Origin: Octopus sinensis
Taxonomy: Eukaryota
Assembly: GCF_006345805.1 (NCBI RefSeq)
Contig: NC_043003.1
Location: forward strand, 3,224,001-3,288,000
Length of the DNA stretch: 64,000 bases
Reading direction: 5' to 3'
Shown: piece by piece, positions 1-13,300 of the stretch
How the letters are laid out: every line of letters starts with the position of its first letter
Numbering within the stretch: position 1 is the stretch's first letter
Translations under genes and position numbers: made by a program
The notes under the pieces: model-generated
Database searches by the model: none
Seen by the model: the letters and a program-made list of their open reading frames with translations, nothing else
What the model was told of the DNA's origin: nothing

Positions 1-330
1 GCTGCCAAGCTGGAGCACCTCCTTGAAGGATTTTAGTCGAATGAACCTTTTTTCCAAGTTTTGGTCCTTATTCAACTGCTAAGTTACGGGAATATAAACA
101 CACCACCATCGGTTGTTAAGTGATGTGGGGGGGGGGGCAAACACTAGCACACACACAGACATATATTTACAATGGGCTTCTTTCAGTTTCCATCTCCCAA
201 ATCCACTGACAAGGCTTTGGTCAGCTTGAAGCTGTAGTAGAAGATATTTGCCCAAGGTGCCACACAGTGAGACTGAATCCATGACCAAATACTTGGGAAG
301 CAAGCTTCTTACCTCACAGTCATGCTTGAT
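1..330 (-). mobile_element. Degenerate tRNA-derived SINE, family A
   Basis: Similar to the full copy at 60772-61172 (ttgcccaaggtgccac, ctttcagtttcc, ctggagcacc). Confidence 0.8.
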
Positions 331-592
331 TACTTTTTTAATGTAAACTTTCTTTTAAATAATTTTGAATATTTAAAATCAAATTTTAAAGCATTGACAA
401 ATGGATGAAAACTTTACTTTTTGAATTACAAAAGAAAATAAACTTTGCCAATTGCTTCTTTTTGTTCCAAAAGGGAACTGGTCAATAAGGAATCCCTGGA
501 GTTACATGAAAGTAACTTTTGCAGGTCATGCTCCAGCATGGCCGAATTTCAATGATTGAAACCTGTGAAAAAAAGAATATAGCTGTACTTAC

Positions 593-796
593 AAAGACAC
601 TGGATAGTGACAGGTGTCCAGGTAGAATCTGCCTCACATGTGGATGTTACAGAGCCATTTATTTTGACATAATCTTCAAGACAGTGATATGTCACCTCAC
701 TTAGGTAAGAGTGAGGGACATCACTCGCATTGACGGTCGCTCCATCAACAGACATACTAGTATTTGGTATAATAGCAGGAATTCCACATTCGATTG
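593..796 (-). CDS. Exon of PAN-EGF-Sushi gene: Sushi/CCP domain 2 (gene continues beyond window start)
   Basis: Acceptor tcttcttaaattag|, donor CTTT|gtaagt, 204 bp, phase 1-1. Translation (P)IECGIPAIIPNTSMSVDG...YLSEVTYHCLEDYVKINGSVTSTCEADSTWTPVTIQCL fits the Sushi pattern C-x2-P...Y-x-C...C-x5-W...C. Confidence 0.9.
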
Positions 797-1105
797 CTAA
801 TTTAAGAAGACAATGACAATTTCAGGTACAAAAATCAATCAGGATTTCATTTCATTATTGGGAACCAGTAAAAGGGTAGAAAAGAATACATACAAAATAT
901 GAAATGGTATGTCCCTGAATGAAATACTTATCTAGAAATGAGCTGCACCATATCTAGAGAAAAATTAACTTTTTTTTTATGAGATTATTACTATGGAATC
1001 TAAAGGTTATCAACAGATCATGCAGCTTACGAGGATTAGAGAAAGATGAGCATTTTTGCAAAGATATACTGGGTTAAATGCATTGCAGTAAATGGAGGAT
1101 AGTAT

Positions 1106-1338
1106 CTATTTCTTTATTGCCCACAAGGGGCTAAACACAGACGGGACAAACAAGGACAGACAAACGGATTAAGTCGATTACATCGACCCCAGTGCATAAC
1201 TGGTACTTATTTAATTGACCCCGAAAGGATGAAAGGCAAAGTCGACCTCGGTGGAATTTGAACTCAGAATGTAACGGCAGACGAAATACTGCTAAGCATT
1301 TCGCCCGGCGTGCTAACGTCTCTGCCAGCTCGCCGCCT
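1106..1338 (-). mobile_element. tRNA-derived SINE, family B
   Basis: Reverse complement of the copy at 43696-43925. Central gtcgactttgcctttcatcctttcggggtc...agtacca resembles the Deu/Nin-type SINE central domain. Confidence 0.85.
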
Positions 1339-1789
1339 TAGTGGAGGATAAGTCTCAGCTGGTAGAAGCAGTTCTGTTGGCTAACCAACATCTTAAGAAT
1401 GGAACTTAGTAGACAGAAGTAGCATAACACTATATAAGCAAAAATATTTTAAACACGTTGAAATATAACATACTTGATGCAAAATCATTAGAAATGTGTC
1501 GACGTTGATCTGTTTGATTGCCATGAGCAGGACACGTGACACACTCATGTAATCACACGAAAAACACAGGATATAAACATGTTTTCAGTTTCATTTGGGT
1601 AAATACACAAAACGAAAAAGGAGGGCATTGTGAATGCAGCGTTAGTACAGCTGAAAACATACATATTTAATCCAGTGTCTCAACAGAACTAAAGGATGTT
1701 GTCATACACCAGGGATCAAAATGTGCCTTCAGTTCTTTTTTTTTTCTTTTAATTGCTTCATTCTTTTTCATTTTGCCCCAAATTGTTAA

Positions 1790-2170
1790 ATCAAATCATC
1801 TTCTTGTTGTTGTGGAGGCCTTCCAGACGACCTTTTCGATCTCTTGAATCAAAAATTGCACAGACCCACCTGTTGTTTGTAAACCTTGCAACCTGTCCGG
1901 CCCAGTGGTTGAACTTGCGCTTTCAGTATTCTGTGATTATGTTCGTCACACCACTGCTTTCTCGAATTACCTCATTTTAGATATACTCTCAAAATAATAC
2001 TCCAAACATGGATCTTTCCACGGTCCTTTGTGTTGTAGCAGCTAATCGATGTTCTTCCTATTTCATAGTATCCTACAACTCACTTGTGTAAATGTGCGCT
2101 GCTAGAAGAGAGCAAATAAAGAGACTGGCACAAAAGGTCTTGGCCAGTTTTGCTTTGAGCGCATCCATTA
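1790..2170 (-). mobile_element. Decayed RTE-clade LINE 3' fragment
   Basis: Frameshifted remnants EEHRLAATQRTVERSMFGV / NEVIRE / WAGQVARFTNNRW / GRPP, typical of the RTE ORF C-terminus. Confidence 0.6.
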
Positions 2171-2398
2171 CTGAGCTAAACAATTTTCTTCATCTTCGGG
2201 GTTTCAGATTTGATATGTGCTAAAATCTTGACATTATTATGTATAACCGTCGATACAGTTGTGCGACTCATCCCAAGAGATCGTGCAATTGCTACCAGTT
2301 TTTCACCTTTTCTCATGGTGTTTTATCACAGCCGGTTTATCTTCCAGCGTTATGGCATGATGCTTAGCACTTTCACTAGGAATTTTCTTAGGAGCCAT
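2170..2398 (-). mobile_element. pogo/Tigger-like transposase N-terminal remnant (HTH_psq)
   Basis: MAPKKIPSESAKHHAITLEDKPAVIKHHEKGEKLVAIARSLGMSRTTVSTVIHN. Confidence 0.7.
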
Positions 2399-2414
2399 GG
2401 GGGCAAAAATTTTT

Positions 2415-3217
2415 TTTTTTTACTTGTTTCAGTCATTTGACTGCGGCCATGCTGGAGCACCGCCTTTAGTCGAGCAAATCGACCTCAGGACTTATTCTTT
2501 GTAAGCCCAGTACTTATTCTATCAGTGTCTTTTGCCGAACTGCTAAGTGACGGGGACGTAAACACACCAGCATCGGTTGTCAAGCGATGTCGGGAGGACA
2601 AACACAGACACATACACACACATATATATACATATATACGACAGGCTTCTTTCAGTTTCCGTCTACCAAATCCACTCACAAGGCATTGGTCGGCCCGGGG
2701 CTATAGCAGAAGACACTTGCCCAAGGTGCCACGCAGTGGGACTGAACCCGGAACCATGTGGTTGGTAAGCAAGCTACTTACCATACAGTCACAAATGAAT
2801 GAGAATCGTTTCTTTATTGCCCACAAGGGGCCACGAAGAGGGGGACATTACAAAGACATGTGGGGACATTTAGCAGACAGAGAAAAAGAAAAACGAAAGA
2901 AACAAAAAAAAACGTACGTTATAACGAGTGAGAAATGGAATGAAGTTCTCTCAGTCTCAACTCTCTTTTACTCTTTTACTTGTTTCAGTCATTTGACTGC
3001 GGCCATGCTGGAGCACCGCCTTTAGTCAAGCAAATCGACCCCGGGACTTATTCTATCGGTCTCTTTTGCCGAACCGCTAAGTGACGGGGACATAAACACA
3101 CCAGCATCGGTTGTCAAGCAATGCTAGGGGGACAAACACACACACACAAACATACACACACACACTTAAATATATATATACATATATACGACAGGCTTCT
3201 TTCAGTTTCCGTCTACT
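2415..3217 (-). mobile_element. Two adjacent family A SINEs (2415-2790 nearly complete; 2960-3217 lacking the head)
   Basis: Near-identical to the reverse complement of 60772-61172. Confidence 0.9.
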
Positions 3218-3369
3218 GGTCCATCAGTTAATAGACCAATATTAATAGACCAATATTAATCAGTTAATATGGTGGGTTGCTTATGGTGTCTGACCATGTA
3301 TCCAGGGATTCGGTTTCGAATCCGCACTACACTATCAAGGATCAGAATACTATTTTGCAGTCCTTCCTT

Positions 3370-3990
<621 letters not shown>

Positions 3991-4412
3991 TGTCTAACGC
4001 TTAGGATTTTCTGCTCATATTCGTAAGTTTGTTTGTTCAGTTCCAGGATTAGGCGATGCATCGTGTTCTTGAGCAGGGCCCTTCATTTGTTGTTACTCCA
4101 GCCTGCTGAGACACAAATGAGTGCCAACTGGATGTTGATACATCTGTCTCTTTGTCTGTCTGTTAGTCGTTCTCTCTCTGTTTCTCTTTCTTTCTCCTTG
4201 CCTCTCCCTTTCTCTCTCTTTCTTTCTCTCTCTTTCTCTCTCTCTCTCTCCAGTTATCATATGATGGATATGTTACTGGATCAAGGATGAAGGAGCTGAG
4301 AAAGTGTCTATGTCTACTGGCAACTATATAGACAAATGATTCTCAACCACAGCTCCCAAGGGAGCACACAGCCCTCAAGTGTCCTTCCAGTGGCTCCCAA
4401 CAATCTTCTCTC

Positions 4413-5002
4413 TCATCATCATCATCATCATTACTTAACGTCCGCTTTCCATGCTAGCATGGGTTGGACGATTTGACTGAGGACTGGCGAACCAGATGGC
4501 TGCACCAGGCTCCAGTCTGATCTGGCAGAGTTTCTACAGCTGGATGCCCTTCCTAACGCCAACCACTCCGAGAGTGTAGTGGGTGCTTTTTACGTGCCAC
4601 TGGCATGGGGGCCAGGCAGGGGGTACTGGCAACAGCCACACTTGAATGTTTTTACCCGTGTCTCCGGCACAAGTGCCAGTAAGGCAACGCTGGTAATGAT
4701 CGCGCTGGAATGGTGCCTCCTACATGCCACTGGCACGGAAGCCAGTTAGCCGCTCTGGCAACGATCACACTCGGATGGGGCTCTTAGCACCTTACTAGCA
4801 CGGGGCACAAGTGCCAGTAAGGTGATGCTGGTAACGATCACACTCGAATGGTGCCTCCTACATGCCACTGGCACGGAAGCCAGTTAGCTGCTCTGGCAAC
4901 AATCACGCTTGTATGGTGCTCCTTGCGCCCCGCTAGCATGGATGCCAGTCATCAAATTTGATTTCGATTTCACTTCAAATTCGATGACTGGCATCCGTGC
5001 TA
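4413..5002 (-). mobile_element. RTE LINE 3' UTR fragment with (CAT)n tail, internal ~60-bp tandem units and a short terminal inversion
   Basis: catcatcat...aacgtccgctttccatgctagcatgggttggacg...ggatgcccttcctaacgccaaccactcc is shared with the LINE 3' end at 39601. Confidence 0.85.
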
Positions 5003-5233
5003 TCTCTCTATAAATATAATAAATGTTTCTTTAATTGGTCTGCATTTTACTTTTTTGATGCCCCCCACCACTAAAGAAATCCAGATTTTGGATCTAGCTC
5101 ATATAAAAGGGTTGAAAACCACTGATAGAGATTCCTAAAGAAACTAGCTTTGTTATGCAACCAGAGTCACCCATGAGAGACTCTGCTTTATACACCTGCA
5201 CACACATGTAAATACATAAAACGCATGACTTAC

Positions 5234-5413
5234 GTTGGCATTCTGCATGCACAGCGGACCAGTTTCCACTTAAAAGACAAGTTGCAATTGTTATTCCCGC
5301 TGTAAATGTATAGCCTACTTTGCAGAAATAGTGAACTTCATTCAAGTATTTTGTGCTAGGAACATCATAATGGACCATATTGCTATATTGCAAAGGGTAT
5401 CCACAGTCAATAT
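5234..5413 (-). CDS. Exon of PAN-EGF-Sushi gene: Sushi/CCP domain 1
   Basis: Acceptor tttttttttctttatag|, donor CAAC|gtaagt, 180 bp, phase 1-1. Translation (D)IDCGYPLQYSNMVHYDVPSTKYLNEVHYFCKVGYTFTAGITIATCLLSGNWSAVHAECQ. Confidence 0.92.
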
Positions 5414-5582
5414 CTATAAAGAAAAAAAAATGATATTTGGAAGATTAGTTGCAGTTTACAAGCTGAGATTGTGATACAAGTTTGATTGATTCCCAGTGAA
5501 ACAATTTTTACTTTAAGTTGTGCACCCCCCATTTTTTTTTTTTTTTTATGTTTACCTGTAGTTTAATCAAAATGAATAATTG

Positions 5583-5759
5583 TTAGGTTGGGGCATAATT
5601 ATTGCAAAAAATTTAAACAAAAAGCCAAGCAGAAATTGAAGTAGATGGTGAATATGCTCCAGAATAATCAGTTAAAGATGTCTTTGTTAGATGTTGTTAT
5701 TGTCTTTGTTGAATAAAATTTATTGAAAAAGAAGCTGCAATAATTATGCACCAATCAAA
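5583..5759. mobile_element. mariner-type MITE
   Basis: TIRs ttaggttggggcataattattgc / gcaataattatgcaccaatcaaa; same family as 38232-38467. Confidence 0.75.
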
Positions 5760-5980
5760 TAGTTTTAACCAAACTGTCATTTGCTGACATCTTACCTCAC
5801 AGTAATGCAAGTGCATTCTGGGTAGGTGAGCACTCTGGCTGGTCATTGGGGTGTGTCTATGCAGAATCTTTGACTGATTGCCAACTCATGTTATGACAGA
5901 TCAATCCGTGATAAACCTGACATAGAAAAATTACTATCTCTAAATCTCACAACGTGAGATATTCAGCAACAATATTTTGG

Positions 5981-6276
5981 AGTAAAGATTATTTGCCATC
6001 ATAACATGGCAGCCCTGGTTTAGGACGAATGTTGCTGTAATTTAGCCCCAAGAGACATCGTCTCCAGCTGGCTATACGATACGATCTGTGTCCTTATATT
6101 TTCAAACAAGGGAATCTAGTACCCCACCTCAGCTCAAAACAATATCTTTCCTTGTTTGAAGATATTGCCAGATCGTGTCGTATAGCCAGCTGGAGATGAC
6201 GTCTCCTGGGGCTGAATTACAGCAACATTAGTCCTAAACCAGGACTGCTATGTTACGTTGGCAAATAATCTCTACT
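5981..6276. mobile_element. Foldback MITE with ~105-bp inverted arms
   Basis: agtaaagattatttgcca...cagctggctatacgatacgatctg is mirrored by cagatcgtgtcgtatagccagctg...tggcaaataatctctact. Confidence 0.8.
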
Positions 6277-6429
6277 ACAAACCTGACATGGTTCATAATT
6301 GCATGTATTGTGTTATATTGGATCAGTGATTAATGAATTAACATGGATTAAAAAACAAAAAAAACACAACTGTTTTACACGATAAGATCCAATTAGAGCC
6401 AACAAAAAAGGGTCATAGATAAAAATGCT

Positions 6430-6850
6430 ACCTTTTATTTTTTATTGTTTCAGTTATTGGACTGTGGCCATGCTGGGGCACCACATTGATGGGTTTTAGG
6501 AGAAGAAATTGATCCCAAGACTTATGTTTTTCTTTTTCGTGTATGCCTGGTATTTACCAAAGCTCTCTTGCCAAATTGCTTGGTTATATAAACCAACAAA
6601 CACCGGTTGTCAAGCAGTGATGGCTGTCAGAGTGTATGTCTGTATGACAAACACACACACACGTGTATATGTGTGTGTGAATATATATATGCATGTATAT
6701 AGGCTTCCTCACAATTTCTGTCTACAAAATTCATACCTAAGGCATTGGTCAGCTCAGTGCTCTAGAAGACCTTTGCCCAAAGTCCTACACATTGGGAGTG
6801 AATCTGAAACAATATGGTTGGGAAGTCAGTTTCTAAATCTCACAGCCATG
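6430..6850 (-). mobile_element. Old degenerate family A SINE
   Basis: Diverged match to family A (actgtggccatgctggggcacc, ttgcccaa, cacagccatg). Confidence 0.7.
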
Positions 6851-7053
6851 TCCGAGTTTGTAAACTTTGTTCAGACACGTGTCACAAGTAATTCAAAATA
6901 CCAAATCTTCGATGGAGCAGCTTATACAAAGAGAAAGGTAAGCGTTAATTCCTTCACACCGTTTCCTGCCTCTTTCAAAACCATCTCTGCTCTAATTGCT
7001 CAACAAACCATTTCTTGAGAAGGAATTGGAAACTAAGCTTTACCATTACTTAC

Positions 7054-7141
7054 CCAATGGGAAACAAAAAGTGGACCTGTTTTCGTTTACACACACTTCA
7101 TCTGCAGCACAAGGGTGATAAGCACAAGGTGAGTGTGTTGT
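7054..7141 (-). CDS. Exon of PAN-EGF-Sushi gene: short 4-Cys EGF-like module
   Basis: Strong acceptor ctttctccatttcttcacag|, donor TTGG|gtaagt, 88 bp, phase 0-1. Translation TTHSPCAYHPCAADEVCVNENRSTFCFPL; the phases link the PAN exon (phase 0) to Sushi 1 (phase 1). Not in the ORF track. Confidence 0.85.
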
Positions 7142-7259
7142 CTGTGAAGAAATGGAGAAAGTAGGAATTATAATAAAGTTTATTATAAGGTAAAAATTAA
7201 ACATAAAGATTATGAGAATATTTGATAGGATGTGTAGCTCAGAGCTGAAGGAGACCCTC

Positions 7260-7560
7260 TAGATCAAGCCACCACTTCTCTGCATTGACAGGCAGAGATT
7301 TTGTACAACAGACAAGTGTTTAGAATGTCACAGGAAAGAATCACAAGATGGATTCTCCAAGCCAAGCCAACCAGCAGAAGACCAAGGGGCAGACCAAGAA
7401 CCAGATGGTTGGAGAATAACCATGGTCTCAGTTGGTCAAGGTTGGGAATCCAACCAGAAAATGTAATGATACCTGCTTCTAATAGGACCCTATAAATGAG
7501 GTGCTCAAGGACTCTACCTTCATGATACTCCAAGAAATAGTGGGTGAATGAATGGATGGA
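7260..7560 (+). mobile_element. RTE-clade (Rex3/Expander-like) LINE 3' fragment
   Basis: MSQERITRWILQAKPTSRRPRGRPRTRWLENNHGLSWSRLGIQPE followed by a (TGGA)n-like tail; related to 62720-62995. Confidence 0.7.
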
Positions 7561-8099
7561 TGGATTCTGAGAATTCATAATCAGAACAAGATAATAATGG
7601 AAAAAATAGTTGAATGCAAACAGAGTAATCACATTGAACATGGTAAATATACAACCATTTCTTTATTAAGATTTTCTCTTGCACTCTACTTTGATAGATT
7701 AAGCCATCCTTGGAAGGTTCCAAGGTTACACCAGTTTTATTATGAGAAGTTGCTAACTCCTCACCCAACCTTTTTCTAGTTTGGAGAAAAGGATGCTATA
7801 AGTGGTTTCCCACAATCTTTCTCAATATGCAATGTAAGTAATTCCAATAGTGATAAAGTCTTCAAAACAGAAGAATCAACTTTGGTACTTAAGTAGTTTT
7901 TATTTTATTGACACTAGATAAATGGAAAGTACAACCAAATACTCTGGGATTTGAACTCAGAACTCAGAGAACTGGAAAAAATCCAGCAAAGAAGTTTGAT
8001 GCTCAGCAACTCTTCTAAATTGTTGCCTTATTCTGGATGGACTTTGTCGGGGGGCAGTGGTTAGATGCAAGTGAGAAGAGAAGCTGTTTGTGAAGACAT

Positions 8100-9420
8100 T
8101 GCAAGAATTGGGGCAAGTGATGGAGGTGTCTACAATTATTCAGCCGATCTGCAGCTTCAGGTGGCTGAGAAATTATGAAGGTATCAGTTGGAGAAATACA
8201 AGAACAGGTTGTACTGTTTCACCTGGCTGAGACTCACATAGAACTCAGCATCAAAAATCATGGAAAAGGTTGTCAGGGTGGGTTTGGGAAAAGTGGCCAA
8301 GGTGAAGCAGGCCACTAGTTTTTACATAGGTTATATTCAAATGTTGAAGCCGGTGTAAGAGAAGGGGTTGTAGGTCATCTTATGAGATTCAAGATATCTA
8401 TGAAATAATTGGAGGCTACAGAAGGGGGAGCTGCCCCTGGGGCTTCATCTTGAGAGAGACAAAATAAGTAGGTTAAAGTTTCAGAGAAGAAACAAGATTC
8501 CAGACCTGAATGGAGCCATGAATAGGTAAAAACCATTCTCAGTAAGTGGGAAATTAGTAAGCCATTACCCCATTGCAGGATGACCCCAGATGGCGTGCTG
8601 CTTTATCAAAGAGTGAGTAAGAGATAAGGTGATTGTGATGGTGTGAGACATTCTGGGAAGAATGAGAGTCGAGCACCCAGTGAAGGGAAGTTTGTGCCCA
8701 AATCAGAGAAAGGGATTGTATAGTATGATGCAAATAGTATAGCGATAGGAGTTGTTTTGTAAATGAGAAGTGTTGAGATGGAGGATACAACATGGCTCGT
8801 AATGAAGGGCAACTGCAACCACATCAGTGTTGTTCTGAACTAAATGTTGTTCTGAAGGGCGTGAGCTCAGCACTGAGATGGACATGGCACACCACTGAAA
8901 TTCAGGCTGATTTATCCATGGTATGGGAATCAGTGATAATCAATCAGAAGAGAATCCAAAGGAAGCGGGGTCACAGAAATGATAATCAAGTGTTACCTAG
9001 AAATCCTGAGAAAATTTCTTGTTGAGTTTGGCCTGGAGATGTTGATAGTCTGTGCCATGAGTAAACATAAGGCGGATGCTCTCACCAAGGCAAAAACGCC
9101 TGATTGGAAATGCTTGAGGATTCACTGGGGTGGGAGTGTTGGCTGGAGGTGGGGTTCGGAGTTGAAGAGGCTGCACAGCATACATCATATTGGGATGGAG
9201 AGGAACCTGTTTTTGGTCAGGGAAATCGACACTGATATCACCAGTGGGAATGTCATGTCTGGAATGTGGTTGGGAACTCGACCATTGAGTGTGCATGAGC
9301 TGGAACAGTCAGGTGGAGGAAGACTGAAAGAGGCTGGCAACTGATGTAGCACGTGTGTGACATTGTGGGTAATGCATTAGAAGTGACATCAGGTGATGAA
9401 GAGGATTTTTGACATACCTT
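8100..9420 (-). mobile_element. Highly decayed LINE, probably CR1/Jockey group
   Basis: Coding-like composition with many stops and faint RT/C-terminal-like remnants; no clean motif. Confidence 0.35.
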
Positions 9421-9486
9421 TTTGTGGGGGACAAACAACCGGCAAGAACAGGTGTGTGGCAGATGCAGTATTTTGATATTATAACT

Positions 9487-9822
9487 TATTATCTGCATTT
9501 GATGGATATTTATCCTCATCAGGTGTCTTGGGGAAATTTTGAACCTGGGTTCTCATTCCTAAGGTAATTTTCGATGTTATTATTATTGGACATATGGCGT
9601 AGTGGTTAAGAGCACAGGCTAGTAACCCCAAGATTCTGAGTTTGATTCCAGGCAGTGACCTGAATGATAATAATAATAATAACATTGAAAAATACCTTAG
9701 GGTTAAGAACCCAGGTTCCAAATTTCCCCAAGACACCTGATGAAGGCTGGAGGGTATATCAGCCGAAACGTTGTGTTAACAAAGAAGATGAGGATAAATA
9801 TCTGTCAAATGTAAATAATGTT
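9487..9822 (+). mobile_element. tRNA-headed SINE-like element with hammerhead-containing tail and an inverted copy of the tail upstream
   Basis: Head 9588-9663 with A box TGGCGTAGTGG and B-box-like GAGTTTGATTC; (AAT)n; tail 9669-9822; 9487-9587 is the reverse complement of the tail minus the ribozyme segment. Confidence 0.75.
9732..9777 (+). ncRNA. Minimal type I hammerhead ribozyme
   Basis: gacac-CTGATGA-a-ggctg(gagggtatat)cagcc-GAAA-cg-TT-gtgtt: stem I gacac/gtgtt, stem II ggctg/cagcc, palindromic ACGT in place of stem III. Confidence 0.75.
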
Positions 9823-10169
9823 TACAGAACTGTATTATAGCTTCTGACCAGCTTCTTGGGGCAGTGGCTGTCTCTGAGTCACCCAGTAAGTTTTAGATGG
9901 CGACTGAGGAATTTCTTTTGGAGTCATTTTCCAAGCCAAATTAAGAAGACGGGACTCGAACCAACAGCTCTTAAGACAGCCACCAGGTACTGACGGTTCA
10001 CCCTGTCAAATATTTTGGATTGAATATTGACCAGTGTTCTGTCAAAGCTAGATCTACTCTTGACCTGCTCTACAATATGCCACCTGAGATTGAGATTGTG
10101 GACAGATTTGTCAAACAACAACAACAACAACAATGTTTCTAGTATAGACATGAATCTTGAAATTTGAGG

Positions 10170-10300
10170 GGAGGGGCTAATCGGTTAATTTCACTCTGGT
10201 ACTTTATTTTATAGAGCTCAGAGAATGATTTGAACTCAAAACGTAAAGAGCAAGAACATATACTGAACGGCATTTTATCTGAGGCTCTAACGATTCTACT
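10170..10300 (-). mobile_element. Degenerate family B SINE immediately preceding the minisatellite
   Basis: ctggtactttattt...atttgaactcaaaacgtaaag...gcatttt...ctaacgattct aligns loosely to 1200-1330. Confidence 0.55.
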
Positions 10301-10302
10301 AA

Positions 10303-13300
10303 CCAACCACCACCATCTCATCCACCATCACCACCAAAACCACAATCCTCTACACCACCGCTACAACCACCACCACTGCCACCACCACCAAAACCACAAT
10401 CCCCTACACCACTGCTACCACCACCACTGCTGCTGTCACAACCACCATCGCAACCGCCGCCACCACCACCAAAACCACAATCCCCTACACCACTGCTGCT
10501 GTCACAACCACCATTGCAACCGCCGCCACCACCACCCAAAACCACAATCCCCTACACCACTGCTACAACCACCACCACTACCAAACCACAATCCCCTACA
10601 CCACTGCTACCACCACCACTGCTGCTGTCACAACCACCATCGCAACCGCCGCCACACCACAACAAAACCACAATCCCTACACCACTGCTACAACCACCAC
10701 CACTACCAAAACCACAATCCCCTACACCACTGCTACCACCACCACCACTACCAAAACACAATCCCCTACACCACTGCTACAACCACCACCACTACAAAAC
10801 CACAATCCCCTACACCACTGCTACCACCACCACTGCTGCTGTCACAACCACCATTGCAACCTCCGCCACCACCACCAAAACCACAATCCCCTACACCACT
10901 GCTACAACCAACCACTACCAAAACCACAATCCCCTACACCACTGCTACCACCACCACTGCTGCTGTCACAACACCATTGCAACCGCCGCACCACCACCAA
11001 AACCACATCCCCTACACCACTGCTACACACCACCACTACCAAAACCACAATCCCCTACACCACTGCTACAACCACCACCACTACCAAAACCACAATCCCC
11101 TACACCATGCTACAAACCACCACCACTACCAAAACCACAATCCCCTACACCACTGCTACCACCACCACTGCTGCTGTCACAACCACCATTGCAAACCGCC
11201 GCCACCACCACCAAAACCACAATCCCTACACCACTGCTACCACCACCACTGCTGCTGTCACAACCACCATTGCAACCGCCGCCACCACCACCAAAACCAC
11301 AATCCCCTACACCACTGCTACAACCACCACCACTACCAAACCACAATCCCCTACACCACTGCTACAACCACCACCACTACCAAAACCACAATCCCCTACA
11401 CCACTGCTACAATCACAACCACTACCAAAACCACAATCCCTACACCACTGCTACCACACCACTGCTGCTGTCACAACCACCATTGCAACCGCCGCCACCA
11501 CCACCAAAACCACAATCCCCTACACCACTGCTACAACCACCAACTACCAAAACCACAATCCCCTACACACTGCTACCACCACCACTGCGGCTGTCACAAC
11601 CACCATTGCAACCGCCGCCACCACCACCAAAACCACAATCCCTACACCACTGCTACAACCACCACCACTACCAAAACCACAATCCCCTACACCACTGCTA
11701 CCACCACCACTGCTGCTGTCACAACCACCATTGCAACCGCCGCCACCACCACCAAAACCACAATCCCCTACACCACTGCTACAACCACCACCACTACAAA
11801 AACCACAATACCCTACACCACTGCTACCACCACAACTGCTGCTGTCACAAACACCATTGCAAACCGCCGCCACCACCACCAAAACCACATCCCCTACACC
11901 ACTGCTACCACCAACACTGCTGCTGTCACAAACCACCATTGCAACCGCCGCCACCACCACCAAAACCACAACCCCTACACCACTGCTACAACCACCACCA
12001 TACCAAAACCACATCCCCTACACCACTGCTACCACCACCACTGCTGCTGTCACAACCACCATTGCAACCGCCGCCACCACCACCAAAACCACAATCCCCT
12101 ACACCACTGCTACCACCACCACTGCTGCTGTCACAACCACCATTGCAACCGCCGCCACCACCACCAAAACCACAATCCCCTACACCACTGCTACAACCAC
12201 CACCACTACCAAAACCACAATCCCCTACACCACTGCTACCACCACAACTGCTGCTGGCACAACCACCATTGCAACCGCCGCCACCACCACCAAAACCACA
12301 ATCCCCTACACCACTGCTACCACCACCACTGCTGCTGTCACAACCACCATTGCAACCGCCGCCACCACCACCAAAACCACAATCCCCTACACCACTGCTA
12401 CAACCACCACCACTACCAAAACCACCAATCCCCTACACCACTGCTACCACCACCACTGCTGCTGTCACAACCACCATTGCAACCGCCGCACCACCACCAA
12501 AACCAAATCCCCTACACCACTGCTAAACCACCACACTACCAAAACCACAATCCCCTACACCACTGCTACCACCACCACCACTACCAAAAACCACAATCCC
12601 CTACACCACTGCTACAACCACCCTGCTGCTGTCACAACCACCATTGCAACCGCCGCCACCACCACCAAAACCACAATCCCCTACACCACTGCTACACCAC
12701 CAATGCTGCTGTCACAACCACCATTGCAACCGCCGCCACCACACCAAAAACAATCCCCTACACCACTGCTAACAACCACCACCACTACCAAAACCACAAT
12801 CCCCTACACCACTGCTACCACCACCACCACTACCAAAACCACAATCCCCTACACACTGCTACCACCACCACTGCTGCTGTCACACCACCATTGCAACCGC
12901 CGCCACCACCACCAAAACCACAATCCCCTACACCACTGCTACAACCACCACCACTACCAAAACCACAATCCCCTACACCACTGCTACCCACCACCACTGC
13001 TGCTGTCACAACCACCATTGCAACTGCCGCCACCACCACCAAAACCACAATCCCCTACAACACTGCTACACCACCACCACTACCAAACCACAATCCCCTA
13101 CACCACTGCTACCACCACCACTGCTGCTGTCACAACCACCATCGCAAACCGCCGCCACCACACCAAACCACAATCCCTACACCACTGCTACCACCACACC
13201 ACTGCCAAAACCACAATCCCCTACACCACTGCTACACCACCACTGCTGCTGTGTCACAACAACCATTGCACCGCCCGCACCCACCACCAAAACCACAATC

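Noticed and set aside
5795-5916. Exon-like segment on the minus strand with ag/gtaag borders
   Set aside because: Stops in all three frames from the best acceptor; not needed for phase continuity.
9588-9663. Functional tRNA gene (also 60772 and 63831 heads)
   Set aside because: Acceptor stems are poor and the heads continue into repeat bodies, so they are SINE heads.
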